This document shows positions 13,207-28,567 of a stretch of DNA of 64,000 bases, piece by piece. The notes under the pieces are model-generated. The model had not been told where the DNA came from, ran no database searches, and was given only the letters and a program-made list of their open reading frames with translations. Made by a program: the position numbers and the translations under genes. The DNA comes from Eledone cirrhosa. Lineage: Eukaryota. How positions within the stretch are numbered: the first letter of the stretch is position 1; the number at the start of each line of letters is the position of its first letter. The stretch spans positions 144,026,001 to 144,090,000 of the forward strand of contig OZ024742.1 in NCBI GenBank assembly GCA_964016885.1. Reading direction: 5' to 3'.

Positions 13207-15080
13207 GTCACCCGGATTCAAGTCATACAGAATGGGGTCATACCAAAGGACTGGCGTAGCAGCATCATCATTAACTGCTACAAGGGTAAAAGAGATGCCC
13301 TAGATAAGGGAAACTATAGAGGCATTAAATTAATTGACCAGGTCATGAATGTCACAGAAAAAGTAATAGCGCAACTAATCAGAGAGAGAATTGATCTAGA
13401 TGAAATGCAGTTCGGGTTTGTGTCAGGTAAAAGTACCACAGACACTCTTTTCATTGTACAACTTCAGGAGAAGTACCTAACTAAAAGTAAATCCCTATAC
13501 TTAGCTTTTGTTGACTTGGAGAAAGCCTTTGACAGAGTACCCCGCTCGATTATCTGGTGGGCTCTCAGAAAACTAGGTGTTGATGAATGGCTTGTGAGAG
13601 CTATACAAGCCATGTATAAAGAAACAGTCAGCAAGGTTAGAGTTAACAACGAATATAGTGAAGAGTTTAGCGTAAAAGTTGGTGTTCATCAGGGCTCCGT
13701 CCTTAGCCCCCTCCTATTTCTTATCGCCCTCCAAGCTATAACGGAGGAGTTCAAGACCGGCTGCCCATGGGAACTTCTATATGCAGATGATCTAACGCTT
13801 ATAGCCGAATCAATGGCTGAACTAGAGAAGAAATTCCAAACATGGAAGCATGGCCTAGAATCAAAAGGCCTTAAAATTAACTTGTCTAAGACTAAAGTTC
13901 TAATATGTAGGAAGGAGAATAGGGCACTGGTCCCATCTGGGAAATGGCCATGCTCAGTGTGTAGGAAAGGAGTAAGCAGAAACCCCATTTTATGTCCCAA
14001 ATGCAAAGTATGGGTGCATAAAAAATGTAGTGGGATCACAGGTAAGCTAACTAAGAATATAGATTTTATATGTGGCCAGTGCTCTGGTGAAATAAGTAGC
14101 AGCAAATGCACACAGAATACTAACTCATTCCATTGCCCAGAAGGTTCTATAGAAATAGTGGACACCTTCCGTTACCTGGGTGACAAAATCAGCAGTGGTG
14201 GATGGAAAAAGTTCAGAGAGCTTATACCACTATTGGCCGCTAAGGGTTTCTCTCTAAAAATGAAGGGCAGGCTGTATGATGCCTGCATACGAACAGCGAT
14301 GTTACATGGCAGTGAGACATGGGCATTGTGTGCAGAGGATCGACGCAAACTGGAGAAGAACGAAGCTTGCATGCTCCGTTGGATGTGTAATAGTAATATA
14401 CGCGAACGTCAAAGCATAAATGAACTAAGTGAGAAATTAGGAATAAGAGGGGTCAGATGCTGTTTACTCGAGAGAAGACTACGTTGGTATGGTCACGTGA
14501 GGCGCATGAAAGACGACAGTTGTATAAAAAAAGTGCAGGGCGATAAAAATAGACGGTAGCTACGGAGTAGGCAGACCCAGAAAAACCAGGGATGACTTGA
14601 TAAATTCTGACCTCACACACTTACACCTCTCCAAGAGAATGTCACTGGACTGAGATCTTTGGCGCTATGCAGTAATACAGAAGACCCGCCTTGCCTAATT
14701 ACAAAGTGAAACCTACAATCAGTAGGCACCTCTTAACCAAAATACACCCTCGTCCCATACCCCTACCCCACCTACATCACCCCTTTTTGATGTAAAGCTA
14801 TGTTGGTACCACAACATCCAGTCCGAAATAAATGAGGTCGTGTAGGTGTCACGACAAAAAAAAAAAACAGTCCACGCTGTAATGTGGCCGTGTAGGTAAC
14901 ACGGTAAAAACCTCCCTGTCCACACTGTAAACGTGGTTGGTGTTAGGAAGGGCATCCAGCCGTAGATAACCCGCCAGACAGTCCTGAGCAAAACAACCAA
15001 TCTTGCCTCAAATGGGACAATTCCCGTCCAGACCCATGCTAGCATGGAAGATGGACGTTAAGTGATGATGATGATGATGA

Positions 15081-15083
<3 letters not shown>
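13207..15083 (+). mobile_element. 5'-truncated RTE-clade LINE with RT domain, PHD finger, 3' UTR and (GAT)n tail
   Basis: NYRGIKL, QFGF, AFVDLEKAFDRV, GVHQGSVLSP, YADDL; then CSVC..CPKC..HKKC..CGQC; YLG; HGSETW; WYGHV; frameshift near 14530; inserted in (TA)n. Confidence 0.95.
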
Positions 15084-15119
<36 letters not shown>

Positions 15120-18100
15120 TACATATATATATGCATATATATATATATATTACACACTTGTCCACATAAGTATGTTACATGTCCACTATGTTCCATCATT
15201 ATTTCAATAAAGTACTTTGTTGCTAGCAAAATTCTCTCTCTTTCTTTCTAAGATGTGGGGAAAGAGAATGAGAAAGAGATAAAGTTTAGGAAAGGTAAAA
15301 AATAATTAAAGTGAATTATTTATTCAATGAGATAAACTATACAAGTGGAACATGGCTGTAGGCATCATAGATGAAGGGTTAAAATGTTTGCTCTGTAAAC
15401 ATGATGTTCCAAGTTCGATCCTACTATATAGCTTCTTCGGCAAGTTTCTTTTTTCCATAGCTTCAGATTGACCCAAGTCTAAGTGAAATTGGAGAGACAG
15501 AAACTTGGTGGATGGACCATAATATATGTACTTCAAAGGGCTTGCCTTATAGCACAGATTGGCAATTATTTAAAGGGTCTGCATAGTCAAATAGATGGAT
15601 TATACCAGTAATTCAAAGGGTCTGCCTTGTCAAATAGATGAATTGTACCAGTAATTCAAAGGGTCTGCCTTGTCACATAGATTGACAGAACCTGTAATTT
15701 GAATTCTGGCCATGTCATATTTTATTATGCTGATTATGCCTGAAAATTATTTAAATGTTCAAATGTCTGTGGAATACTCAGCCATTTATATGTTAATTTA
15801 AATGAATAGATTCACAGTTGATTGAATAACTAAATGCTTATTGCTGAGACTAATGTGAAATTTATCATATGTGGAACACACTTGCAGGTAAATTGGTGTG
15901 TAGGCATGTGTATACAAATATGTATATTAATACACATAATATGCTCAATACTTGTTGATACATGGTTGTATCTATGTGTGTATATGTATTTATGTGTTCA
16001 ACGGATATTTGTACCAGAGATGAGAATATATGTATGTGTAAATGGGTATGTGTGTATGTCTATGTGTATAGCTAAGTGAGTATGTGCGTGTGTGCCCTTA
16101 TGTTTTCTAAGGGTATTTATGGATTTATGGGCGTATGAATGTATGTGTGAATGTCTATGTGTTTGTGTGTATGTGTGTGTGTGTGTGTTAAATATTTAGT
16201 GGTATCATTCATTAATGAGTTTAATAATTAACTTCTCTTCATAATTCATTAACTAGAAATGCATTAGTACCTTTAATGAAACATGAAATTGAAAAGAAAC
16301 AAACAAAAACACAAGCACACACACTCACATACATACACACACACTGCACTGCCTGTCTTCAAGATAGTAGGTTCAAAGTGTGCAACAGGCACTGCCATGC
16401 ATCTTTCGGGAAGTTACTGTGGTTCCATTGGATTTAGATCACTCAGGAATAAGTGGCGAAGATCTTTCCAGCTATGACCATTTCATCTTTTTGTATGTCT
16501 GGAACATACATTATTCAAAGAATCCTTCCTTTTCTTAAGAGTGTGATATAACAAAGGTTTTGTTTTATTTTGTAATTTCTATTAGGCTGAGTGACTTGTT
16601 AGAAGCTTCTCTTATGGTTCACACAAACAGGTGAAACGGCTCGGTGAGGAAAACTTCGTTTTTTTTTGTTATAGGTTATTAAGAGGAGAAAGGGCAGCAT
16701 CCATGACCTTTTTTAAACAGCTGGTAATATGGAGTTGAAAATATAATCCTCCCCCTGAAATAGCTTCTTGGGTAAGTGTCTCCAGTGGAGGATGAAGGGC
16801 TTTCTGTAATGAGAAACAGCTCATAAAGATATTGAGTTATCCTCACTGGACACTTGTAATAGAATGAAGTCCACTAAAACACCTAAGGGCCAGAACTGGG
16901 CAACAGATTATATCTACCATTAAAAAAAAGATATAACACACACACAGACACGCATGTAAGGGTCCACAATGACCTGCCAGCTACGGGTTCATCAAATGAG
17001 TTCTGTCCAGTTTCCGGCTACACAATTTTGCTTATAAATCTAGTTTATAGCTGAAGAGACTTACCTTTAGCCAAAATGGTGTCTCAGTGGAATTGAACCC
17101 AGATGCCTGTGACTGACTATGAAATGAACTATGTGATTATACTCATATCTATTGGAGTACCTACTCAGAGATTGAAATTTCATTAATGATTGTAACAAGG
17201 AATTTAGTTTGATGCTTACAAACCATGAGTTCTTCCAATCCAGAATTCTATATTCAAGCGGAGTTTTGGGGTGTTATACTTTTATAGCATGTTGGTTTAG
17301 ACAAAATATTTCTATTCATTCACCTATCATTATTGGTCATGATTTTGAGAAAAACAAGAATGTGAAAAGGAATAAATATGCTTATCATGATGGTGGGGTG
17401 TTTTTGTCATCTGTCTATGTATATGTATGTATTTGTACATGTGTGTGTGTGTGCATGCCCATATGTGACAGTGTAGGTGTTGTTATTTTTGTTGTCATGA
17501 TGTTCCAAGTTAGCTCTATTCAAGCGGACCATTTGCATGCAGGCAGTTGATCAAATAACTGAGTGCCACCCACAGATTTGTTTCAGTTCCAAATATATCA
17601 TGACATATTCATGAGAGTATGTGGTTGAGGAGTGTACAGTAGAGTTAGATATGCAGTGTTTAACTGCATGATGTGTGAAGGAGGGGAATTGGTAGTCATT
17701 AGAAGGAAAGGAAAGTAAGGGGCACTTAACATGGAAAACTGATGTCAAATGATGATGGTGATGATACTATATATAGAAGCAGACCTCACAAAGGAGATGT
17801 CATGGGATTGAGTCAACTGGTAATATGCCTATTACAGAAGACTCGCCTTCCCATATGAGTAGAGTCAATAACAAACAGAGAGTTGTAACAACATTTTAAG
17901 GTCCCCACACACCTCCCCTCGTTATTTATCCCAACCCTCACTTAATCTTCACTCCCATTTACACCATTGATTTCTCCTTTCTCACTCAACCTAAGCTTGC
18001 ATGGAAAAATGGACACACCTCCACAAGGTACTGCTAAACATTGCTCACTCACTTCCTTATTTCATGACTATCCCTGTGACCCAACATCTAGGCCACCTCC

Positions 18101-18531
18101 TCTTTCTCTCACCCTCATACCCTGGCGAGCAGCATGTAGCCCCTCTGTACTCCCATCACTGACTTCACAGCCTGGCCAGAGTTTGACAAAACAAATGCTC
18201 CTAGTTTCAAAAAGGTTGTGGTGATGCCACTACACAATGCATTCAGCTCACACTGTAGAGTGGCAGTACTGATGCCACGATAAAAAAGCATTGAAACCAA
18301 TCTGTAAGGTGGAAGTGATGATGTCATGATAAAGTTGTTCCATTGAATGCTGTAAAGTGATTGGTGTTAGAGAGGGCATTCATTTGTAGAAACCAAGCCA
18401 AAAATATCATACAAGCAGGATGAAGTCATCAGACCAGTCTATCCTCAGTATGTGATTAATTTGTCTAACTCCTACAAGCATGGAAAATAGACATTAAACA
18501 GTGTTGATGATAATGATGATAGAGAAATAAA

Positions 18532-18608
<77 letters not shown>

Positions 18609-19408
18609 AAAAAGACAGATAAAAACCAATATACAATCACACACATCAATCTCTCTCTCTCTCTATATATATACACACACATATATATTATATATGTATA
18701 TATATATATATATACACGGTGATGTATTTGTTTTGCAAGGTTTTTGATATGAAATCGTGTATAACAATACACACACAAATATATTTATATAAATATATAT
18801 ATACAGAGAGAGAGGCAGATAGATAAAAAGAAAACCTTTTTCAAAAGATGTAAGTTATTGTTCTGGCTTTTAAGAATTCAGTAAACTGGGGAATTCAGCT
18901 TTAATAACAATCTATGGAATTATTGATTGATTTTTTTTATTGTTGTTGTTTTTTTTATTGTTGCAAGAAAACTAAAAAAGAAAAGTCACAAGACTCATGA
19001 AATCTTCATAGCAAACATTTTCGCTATTATTATAATAATAAGTATAATAGCAGAGTTTGGTAAGCGTAAATTACTCATTCATCTTGATGGTGGTGTTAAT
19101 TATGTAACACAGCTTGCAACATAGAATAAAAGTCTTTTCATTGAAAAAGAAAGGAAAGAAGAGTTATAGAGAAATGAGGAAAGACATAGAGAACTGAGGT
19201 AAAGGATAAAAAGGATATACGTATATATATATATCCTTTTTATCCTTTACCTCACTTCTCTATGTCTTTATATATATATATACATATATATATATACACA
19301 CATACACACACATATATATACACACACACACACACTATATACATATATATATACATACACATATACACACACACACACATATATATATATATACATATGT
19401 ACATACAT

Positions 19409-19530
<122 letters not shown>

Positions 19531-19729
19531 ATAAAAGAAAGAATTATTTCAGAAATGGTGAGGGTAAGTGTTCTGTCTAGAATATTAGTGTGATAATTTT
19601 CTTTTTTCTTTTAATTTTGTTTTCCTCTGAAAATGGAAGTTTGCTAGAAGCAGATATAAAGTCACTGATTAAAGAGAGTTCTGGCTGTGTGAAGCTTTTA
19701 AACTAATTCCTGACAAGAAAAGTACTAAA

Positions 19730-20206
<477 letters not shown>

Positions 20207-21419
20207 GTATGTGTATAAAATATAAAAGAAATATTAGAAGAGGAAATAGTACCAGCAACAATAGTAGTAGTAGTAGCAGCAGCAGTAGTAGTAGTAGTAA
20301 TGATTCCAGTGATATAGAACTAGCCCTCTGGCTCAAGAGTGAAAATGGCTTCACCAAGTGATTTAGTTTAATGATGGAACTGTACTACATTAAGGAATCA
20401 TTTTCTCATTTTAGATCCAATATTGATCTTTTCTAGAGATGAGGAGGAGGAGGAGAAGGGAGATTAAAGATGAACTTGTCATTTCATGTATAGTTGCCAT
20501 AGTTGTTGTTACTGTTGTTGCTAAGCTCCTAGCTTAACATTGATTGAGCAGACCTATGATCAGAGGCATTCCAGACATGACCATCCAGTCTTTGTGTATG
20601 CCTGTGACTGCATTAGCTAATGTATTATTCCTTTTTTTAAGCTGGTAAGTTAACAGAAAATGCCTTGAATTATTTGTTCCAGGTCAATATCTACTGAGTT
20701 CAATATCTACTGAGGTCAATTTTATCATTCATCAACTGAGGGTTGTTAAAATAAAGTACCAATCTAAAGCAATAAATTGGAGAATTGTTGATGTGATAGA
20801 CCAAATCCTTTGCAGTATTTGTTCTGGTGTTCTGGGTCTTTACATTCCCATCATCAGTTTAACATATGCTTTTTCTGCTAACAAGGGTTGTATGGGTTCA
20901 CACATACCAAGTCAGTACTGTAGCATGGCTACTGCTCTTCCAGACAGGCCAGGAATCTGCATCTAGTTTACATACAGTCTCATGTTCTACCGAGTGCATA
21001 GGAGAGGTTGTCATGTCTTTGACAAAACAGGGTCCTCCCAATGCAAGTTAAAATTCTATCAAGATCAACTTTCCCTTTCATTAAGTCAAGGTTGATATAA
21101 TAAAGAACAAGTTCAAAGCAGTGAGTTAGTAAAGTTGTTAGAACACTGAATAAATTGCTTTGCAATATTTCTTTATACTACTTTAAATTTTAAAATAACT
21201 TAAAAATCAAGGGGGAAATCATCTTTGTGTTCACCAGTGAAAGTTCCATGCCAACCACATGGTGCTCAACAAAGAAGTCAACGGGGGCTGCTAGTTGACT
21301 TGAGGAAGCAGAAAGAAAGATATCATTTGAAGAAATTTAATAGTTATTTCTAGTAGGTCAAAATACTGCATGAAAGATCCTTCATGAGTAGTAGCACATA
21401 TGTTGGACTTCTGCCAATT

Positions 21420-21930
21420 CCAACGATGAGTATTCTTGTTGATTTGATCAATGGAACAGCCTGCTTGAGAAATTAATATGCAACTGGTTGAGTATTCTGC
21501 TGATATGTATACCCTTAACCCTTTAGCATTTAAACCAGCTGTATCTGGTCAGAATTCTCTCACCTCTTTCTGTTCAAACCAGCCATAACTGGCCACTCAT
21601 ACTGATGTTAAGGCATAGTTCTCAAAATAAATAATATCAAAATCTCATAGATTTGATATTATGTGAGATAACCACAAAAATATAATAGTATATATAGAGT
21701 AATGTAAATGCTAAAGAGTTAATGTATTTCTCAGGGTAATTCAGCATAACACAAAGCGTGACAAAGTTAACTCTTTGAATTACAGGTATAATTCAATTTT
21801 CCCAGCTAAGCGACTGGACTAGAGCAGCATGAAATAAATTGTCTTGTTCATGGATACAATGTGCTGCTGTGAATTGAATTCATGACTTTTCAATCATGAG
21901 CTGAACACTCTAACTACTAAGCCATGTCTC
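21420..21930 (-). mobile_element. Family C SINE interrupted by a MITE
   Basis: Head ATGGCTTAGTAGTTAGAG on minus at ~21925; body continues on both sides of the MITE. Confidence 0.7.
21515..21722. mobile_element. piggyBac-like MITE, family 1
   Basis: TTAA-CCCTTTAGCATTTA ... TAAATGCTAAAGAG-TTAA; empty-site equivalent (ATACCTTTAA..TAATTCTCAG) seen at ~10955 and ~30508. Confidence 0.9.
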
Positions 21931-21942
21931 TACACAATGAGA

Positions 21943-21979
21943 AGTAGTAGTAGTGGTGGTGGTGGTGGTGGTAGTAGTG

Positions 21980-22010
<31 letters not shown>

Positions 22011-22029
22011 TAGTAGTAGTGGTAGTAGA

Positions 22030-22087
<58 letters not shown>

Positions 22088-22088
22088 A
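21943..22088. repeat. (GTA)n/(GTG)n trinucleotide microsatellite
   Basis: Direct inspection. Confidence 0.95.
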
Positions 22089-22705
22089 TGGTTTGTTTAA
22101 TTAGAATTTCTACTAAAAGTTGTTGTTTCTCTTCTTTTCTTATTTACCAAAGGTCTAAGAGAAGTGAAAGTAAACAAACATGACATATATGAACTCAATG
22201 AAGGAATGTTCTTGTTGTTGTTGTGTGTATCATTATCCAGAAATAGCAGAAATATCAAGAGTTACTGAGTACTAAGTTAGTTAGGTTCTAATTATGACGT
22301 TTCAGGATAAAAAAAAAACGACTAAAAATTTACTAGAGGAACTATTGCTGTTAAAATTAATGATACATCGTTAAAATATGTTTATTTACAATAAATGTTG
22401 TTGAACAGTTTTGAAGCTGCGTACATTTTGGTGCATATATAAGCTAGAGTGGTACCACTCAGTGAGGAAGAATGAAAGGGGTGGAAAAGAAGGAAAGAGT
22501 CAACCCAATATTTAATTGGTATTTGATTTATTGACCGCAGAAGAATAAATAGTGAATTTCACCCTAGTGGGATCTGAACTCATAGTACACACACATACGT
22601 ATCTATAGTTGTGTGAGTATATATAGAATGCATATGTGTATGTACACCCAATGCCAGCCAAAGCAGCCACGACACTGAAAATATATAGGAGGTAATATTC
22701 TTGTG

Positions 22706-22744
<39 letters not shown>

Positions 22745-22747
<3 letters not shown>

Positions 22748-22855
22748 GTTTAATAAATAAACAGAGAACAAAACACAGAAAAACGAAGAGAGTACAAATG
22801 ATATTAGTATTAGTTTCACGCTTGAGTGTGGGGTGGGGGACAACGTTTCGGGCAT
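22745..22855 (-). mobile_element. Penelope-like pLTR 3' remnant
   Basis: Minus GCCCGAAACGTT..GCGTGAAACTAATAC..T-rich tail parallels 47462-47570 (TTCGAAACGTT..GCATTAAACTAATA); lies between TA tracts. Confidence 0.4.
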
Positions 22856-23730
22856 AATATATAAATATATATCATCATCATCACTATTTTACGTCCATTT
22901 TCCCATGCTAGAATGGGTTATACACACACACACACCACTGATTGAGGTTATTATTTTTGCTAAGTATCATTTCTTTTAATTTCTATTAATTCCCTAGAGG
23001 ATTTTTTGTCAAACTGCTTTGGTTAACTGTTTTATTTGAATTTTTAAAATTTGTTTCCTTTCTCTAAAACTTTGAAAACAACATTTTTTCATGGAGCCCT
23101 CCTGAAGCACTACTGTCCCCCTCTCCCACCTCCATCTTACTATTTTGTGTGTGTGTGGAAACTCTGATGTAGTGTCAGATACAATAATTGCAGAATTTGT
23201 CTCTGCTGTCTTTTCTCCGAGTTCAAATTCTGCTGAAGTCAACTTTGCCTTCAATCTTTTCAAATTTGATACTACCAGTTAAGGGCAATGGAGTCACACA
23301 ATTGTTAAAGCATTAGGTGGGATACCTTGCTGTATTTGTTCCAACTCTTTGCATTTTAAGTACAAATCCTGCCTAAGTGCTGATGACCAAGAATAATCAC
23401 CAAAACCTTTCACCCCAATCTGCAGTATGCCAGCATGGAGAGGTAGACTGACAACCAGCATAGATAACACAATGGCACGCTGAAGTTTCATCCAGTATTG
23501 GATCTTAAAAGGGTGATTAGAATGGAAGATGATAAAGTGGTGGTGGTGATACACCAAGCATAGATGATGAATTAGCAGAGTTATTAGAGTATCAGTTTCA
23601 ATGACTTGCATTGTTCATTCTGGCTATCTGCACTCTGGGTTGAAATCCTACTGAAGTCAACTTTTCTTTTCATCCTTTTCGGAGTCAATAAATAAAGTAC
23701 TAGTTCAGAATGGTGGAGTGGCAGAAGTGT

Positions 23731-23955
23731 TTAACCCTTTAGCATTTACATTACTCTATATTTATTATAATATTTTCATGGTAAACACTTTATTTCACAT
23801 AATTATCTCACATAATATCAAATCTATGAGATTTTGATATTATTTATTTTGAGAACAATACCCTAACATCAGTATGAGTGGCTAGTTACAGCTAGTTTGA
23901 ACAGAAAGAGGAGAATTCTGGCTGGATATGGCTGGTTTAAATACTAAAGGGTTAA
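23731..23955. mobile_element. piggyBac-like MITE, family 1, in the head of an old family B-type SINE
   Basis: TTAA-CCCTTTAGCATTTA ... TAAATACTAAAGGG-TTAA; left flank is A-box-like TGGCAGAAGTG, and a B-box-like GAGTTTAAATC lies at ~24004. Confidence 0.9.
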
Positions 23956-24255
23956 TTGTTGGTTAAGATACTTTGCATTATCAGTTTCACCTCTGCATAT
24001 TCTGAGTTTAAATCTCATCTGTCTCTGGAAAATTGTGATATGACAGTATTAGGAACACCTATCATTAAAGCACCCACGAAATATTCCAAGACTGCATAAT
24101 CTGACAGAACTGAGACATTATATTAATGAAGTGCAATACTGTGCTGTAATATGATTCCCTCAGGTAAGATAGTGTCAAGTGAGATTATGCTTTCCTTTGG
24201 ATTATGGTTGTACACTTTATTTTATAATTAAGTATGTATCTTTAGTTTCTATTTG

Positions 24256-24306
<51 letters not shown>

Positions 24307-27177
24307 AAACTGCAGTATAAAAAACAATAACAAAAAAAAGAAACAAAATGTTAACTTTTCCTTTGAGATAAAACTTGAACTCCTTCAATAATATTGGATA
24401 AAGTGAGTTAAAATAGAATTAAGACGTATTCTTGAAATGAGTATGGATTTATATGCAAGATATATTTCTATTTATTGCTACGAGGGCACAAAAGAAGGGG
24501 ACAAATACAAGGGGGGTGGGGAGTTTACACAAAAAGGCGAGTAAAGAAAACAAATAACAAATATATATGTAAGATATGTGTATACATATAGAGATACAGA
24601 GGTACTAGTTCACACACACACACACACATAAACACATTGATAAGTATACAGTTTTGATGGAAAACTCTGATAAGATTATATATAGTTTTGAGAGAGACTT
24701 AGCATATATTTCAGTCATTTAAAGTGAAGATCAAAAGATGAGTGGTGATATATTTAGATTTTTAAAGGATAAATCTTAAAAATATAGAAAACTTTTTATT
24801 CCTGTTTTAAAAAATATAAAATTATATTCCTCTCCAGATTTGAACCATCTCCCTCTCTCCCCTCTTTAACTGTGAATGAAGTAGCTAACTACTAAGCTAT
24901 TTTACTAGCTTAGTATATGAATTTGGAGTGCTTCCATTTTTATTTACCTAAATAAGATATATAGAAATAGAACATACATTTTCAAATCATCACTACTAAC
25001 AAAACAAAATAAAAAGATTGTTTCTATTTTACATTGTTTTTTTCCTCCCTCTCATATATCCATTTCATTTCAACATTTTCAATCATTGGGATCAAACAAA
25101 AATATTTGGAACACCAACAACATCTAAGAAATATAGAATTTGGAAGCAAATATACAACAAAATAATGAATGAAAGAAAAACCCACTGAGTGTATTATTCT
25201 GAAAATAAAATAAATTTTAAAAAATTTAAATTTTTGTTCCTATAAATCCTTTTTAAATTTTTTTATTTATATATAATATTTAGTTATCATATCTATGTTA
25301 CGCTCCACTAAAAACTCCAAACAAATTCCTCATATTGGATTTTTTTTAAACATTAGAAAATTATTTCACCTAAAAGCACCTTTTACAAACAAAACAACAG
25401 TGGCAAATTAAAAAAAAAAGTACAAACAGGTTGCCATGTTTAATATCCTTTAGTTTCCTTTGTTCTGAAACTTTCATATACAACAGTCCAAATAAAAAAA
25501 AGTGATTTATTCCCTAAATGAAATCTGGATCAATAGAATATAAAACATATTTGTGGATTAAACCATTGTTTCTCAAATGAAACAAATTTTTTTATACACT
25601 ATCATGATAAATAATGCTTACTTAATGGTCATGCCTCTCACACACACATACATATATATACATACACACACAATATATATATATATATATTATACACACA
25701 CACATACACTACATATATACATATACAAATATATATATACATATACACACACATATATAAAGATAAAAACATAGGAAAATAAAAGAGGACTTTTACTATT
25801 GGATAAAGTTTAAAATGTAAAGCACATATCAGTGAAAAGCTAATAAATCAATTGTCATTGATGAAAGTCGTTAAACAAACCTATATTTCTGACCATATAT
25901 CAACCAATGAAATGAGCCAGATTTCTCCAACTGTTGGCTAAAAAGGTTTCTCTCTATGTAAGTTTCAACTTGCTATTTTAGGAGCTATTTCGCGACTTTA
26001 TAGACATAATGAATGATTAAATAATTAGAATTCAAATGACTGATGATTTTGAATGCCATAATTGGTATAGAATCCTTCATTCTTAGGCAAATTTAACATT
26101 GTATACTAGATTTGATTCTGTTTAATCTATCTGACTGCATAAAAACAGACGGTAATAACAATGAGCTAGAAATAGCAGCAAAATTTCTGTCAAATTACTG
26201 TACCATCTGAATTAAAAAAACCCACCCATATTTGGTATTGTAGTTCTGGATACACTGAATACATTGGATAACAATAATAATACACTCTTCGTTTTCTTTT
26301 TATTACCAGGAGGAAGAACAGTACCCATAACCATTTCCAGAGCCTCTGGATTTAGAAAGGTTGAAGGAGAAAGTAATCCCTAAACTTTAGACCAAGCTCA
26401 AATGCTTACAAGAGCATGGACCCTACTAAAAGCAAACAAGGACCAAATGACAGCGACAACAGCATTTGAACTTAGTGCCAGAATACCACAAGGTACCCTG
26501 CCCAATGCTCTAAGAAGTCAACCACCTTAGAATAGGTACTTTTTTTATGGGTTCCAAAAAGATGACCAGCAAAGTTGATCTTTGTAGCTGGATTTGAACT
26601 TAGAACACATTGAGCAAGAATACTGCAAATCATTCTGTCTTATACACTAATACTTCTGCCAATTCACCACCTATACAACAATTTGCCCCTCTTCATTATG
26701 CCAAGTCAAAAGCAATCAATATTATTCAAATGAGAAACATTCCAGAAAGTAGTACCATTTTGTTTTTTTAAGTTTGAAAAAGAAAAAAAAAATCATAAAA
26801 TTGTGTAGTTGCAAAAAAAAGTATGGAAATAAATAGGCAAGGCTGAAAAAAAAAAGATAAGTAGCAACAAAAAAAACAACAAAAACAGTGTGAGGATGTA
26901 TTTAGAAAATCTATTTCAATGAATAATATAGAGGAAGGGAGAGAAAAATTATATATATATATATATAATATATATATATAGAGAGAGAGACATATATATA
27001 TATATATACACACACACACATATATATATATACAGAGAGAGAGAGAGAGAGAAATAAATATTAAGGTAACTTGCTAAAATGGTTTTAACCTTTTCTGGCA
27101 ATTGATAATTTTATGCATGGCAACAGTGGAGAGGTTGAAATGTCAGCAACTCAACTGACTTTTATCTCCTCACACAG

Positions 27178-27260
27178 ATAAGAGGTGTAATGATTGAAGA
27201 GTTCTTTTATTGTAAAAGAAACTAAGACAAACCGATGGTCTCCCTGTATAATAAACTAAG
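27178..27260 (+). other. Candidate spliced exon (non-coding, or start-codon exon MVSLYNKL-)
   Basis: CTGAC branch-like site + TTTTATCTCCTCACACAG acceptor and AAG/GTGAGT donor; stops in all three frames upstream of the ATG at 27235. Confidence 0.3.
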
Positions 27261-28567
27261 GTGAGTGTGTCTTATGATCTCACTGATTTTCTCACTAATT
27301 TTTCCTCTCGCCCTCTAATACACATACATATATGCAAAAAGGGGGGGATAAATACATTGATTTTTTTTCTTTCTCTTTGCTATCTATTTGCCAATGAGCA
27401 CATTTACATTTAATCTATACAAATGTACTTCTGTACACACACGTGTGTGTGTGTGCGTCCATTCCACACATGCACATATTATATATATATACATATATAT
27501 ATATACACACATATATACACACACGTACACACATATACATACATACATATATATATATGTAATGCATGTCTGTGTCCATTCCATACACTCATATACATAC
27601 ACTTTGGCAATGAATCCATGTAGAAATCTGTTAAACAAGCAGACTGTTAGATTTTTATACTTAGTTACTAGGAGACCACATGTTTAGAATAAAGAATTGG
27701 TAAGGAGTTGTTTTCAATTGTTACCATCTAATATAATGTTGTCTGAAAAATATATGTAAATTAATGGTCTCTTAACAGCCTATTAATTCACCCCCGCCAC
27801 ACCCCTCCTCACACTTCTACTTTTTCTTTTATTCTCTGGAAACAAAGTAGAAATAGTTGTGTTGGAGTGGAGATAAAAAAATAAAGGAAAAATGTATAAC
27901 TTGCTTGTAGCAAACAACTTTCACAATTTTTGGCTCTTTCCAATAGAATAGATTGTGAACCACTGAATTTTGATAAAATAAGAAGTATTCTAGCAGCGCT
28001 GATAGTTGCTTATAGACAACCAGATAATTTTAAAGTATAATTTTTAAATAACAACAGTGTGTTTGTAAGTGTTAGCTGAGAAGTTCATTGGTTTACCAAG
28101 ATGCTCTCATGGAATGACCAAATGAGGTATATTTTTCAACATAGTCACTAGGATGAAACAATGCAGTTATTAATTATTAGAGTTGAAATTAATGCATGCA
28201 AGATTTCACAGCTTTAGCATCACTCCATATTTGGCCTATGAACTTTTCACTCCACTCTCATAACTACAAAAATATTTAAACATCACTACCCCAATGATAT
28301 GAGTCAGATGTTGTGGGAGAATACTCTCTGGTGTACAGAACCCTAGACGCAAGCTGCCTCATAGTCCCAACAGACAGAATGGAGAAAATGTTGCTCTAAG
28401 AGGAGCGAGAGAGATGTGTTGAAATAGACATTTCAATTTACATGTCTTACTCCTGTTGGGACCCCACACTGTCCCAATAGCTGTAAGGAGGCAGTATAGA
28501 GATCAAGAATACTGATGTCTTCACTCACTGATACAGGTTCAACAGCTTGCATTATCTGTCTTGTAAA

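Noticed and set aside
12690-13259. YI-, SL-, CV- and HT-repeat ORFs here and throughout the window
   Set aside because: Translations of TA, GA and CA microsatellites
16774-16856. Imperfect inverted repeat AAGTGTCTCCAGTGGAGGAT / ATCCTCACTGGACACTT
   Set aside because: Short, gapped, single instance, with no TSD or ribozyme core
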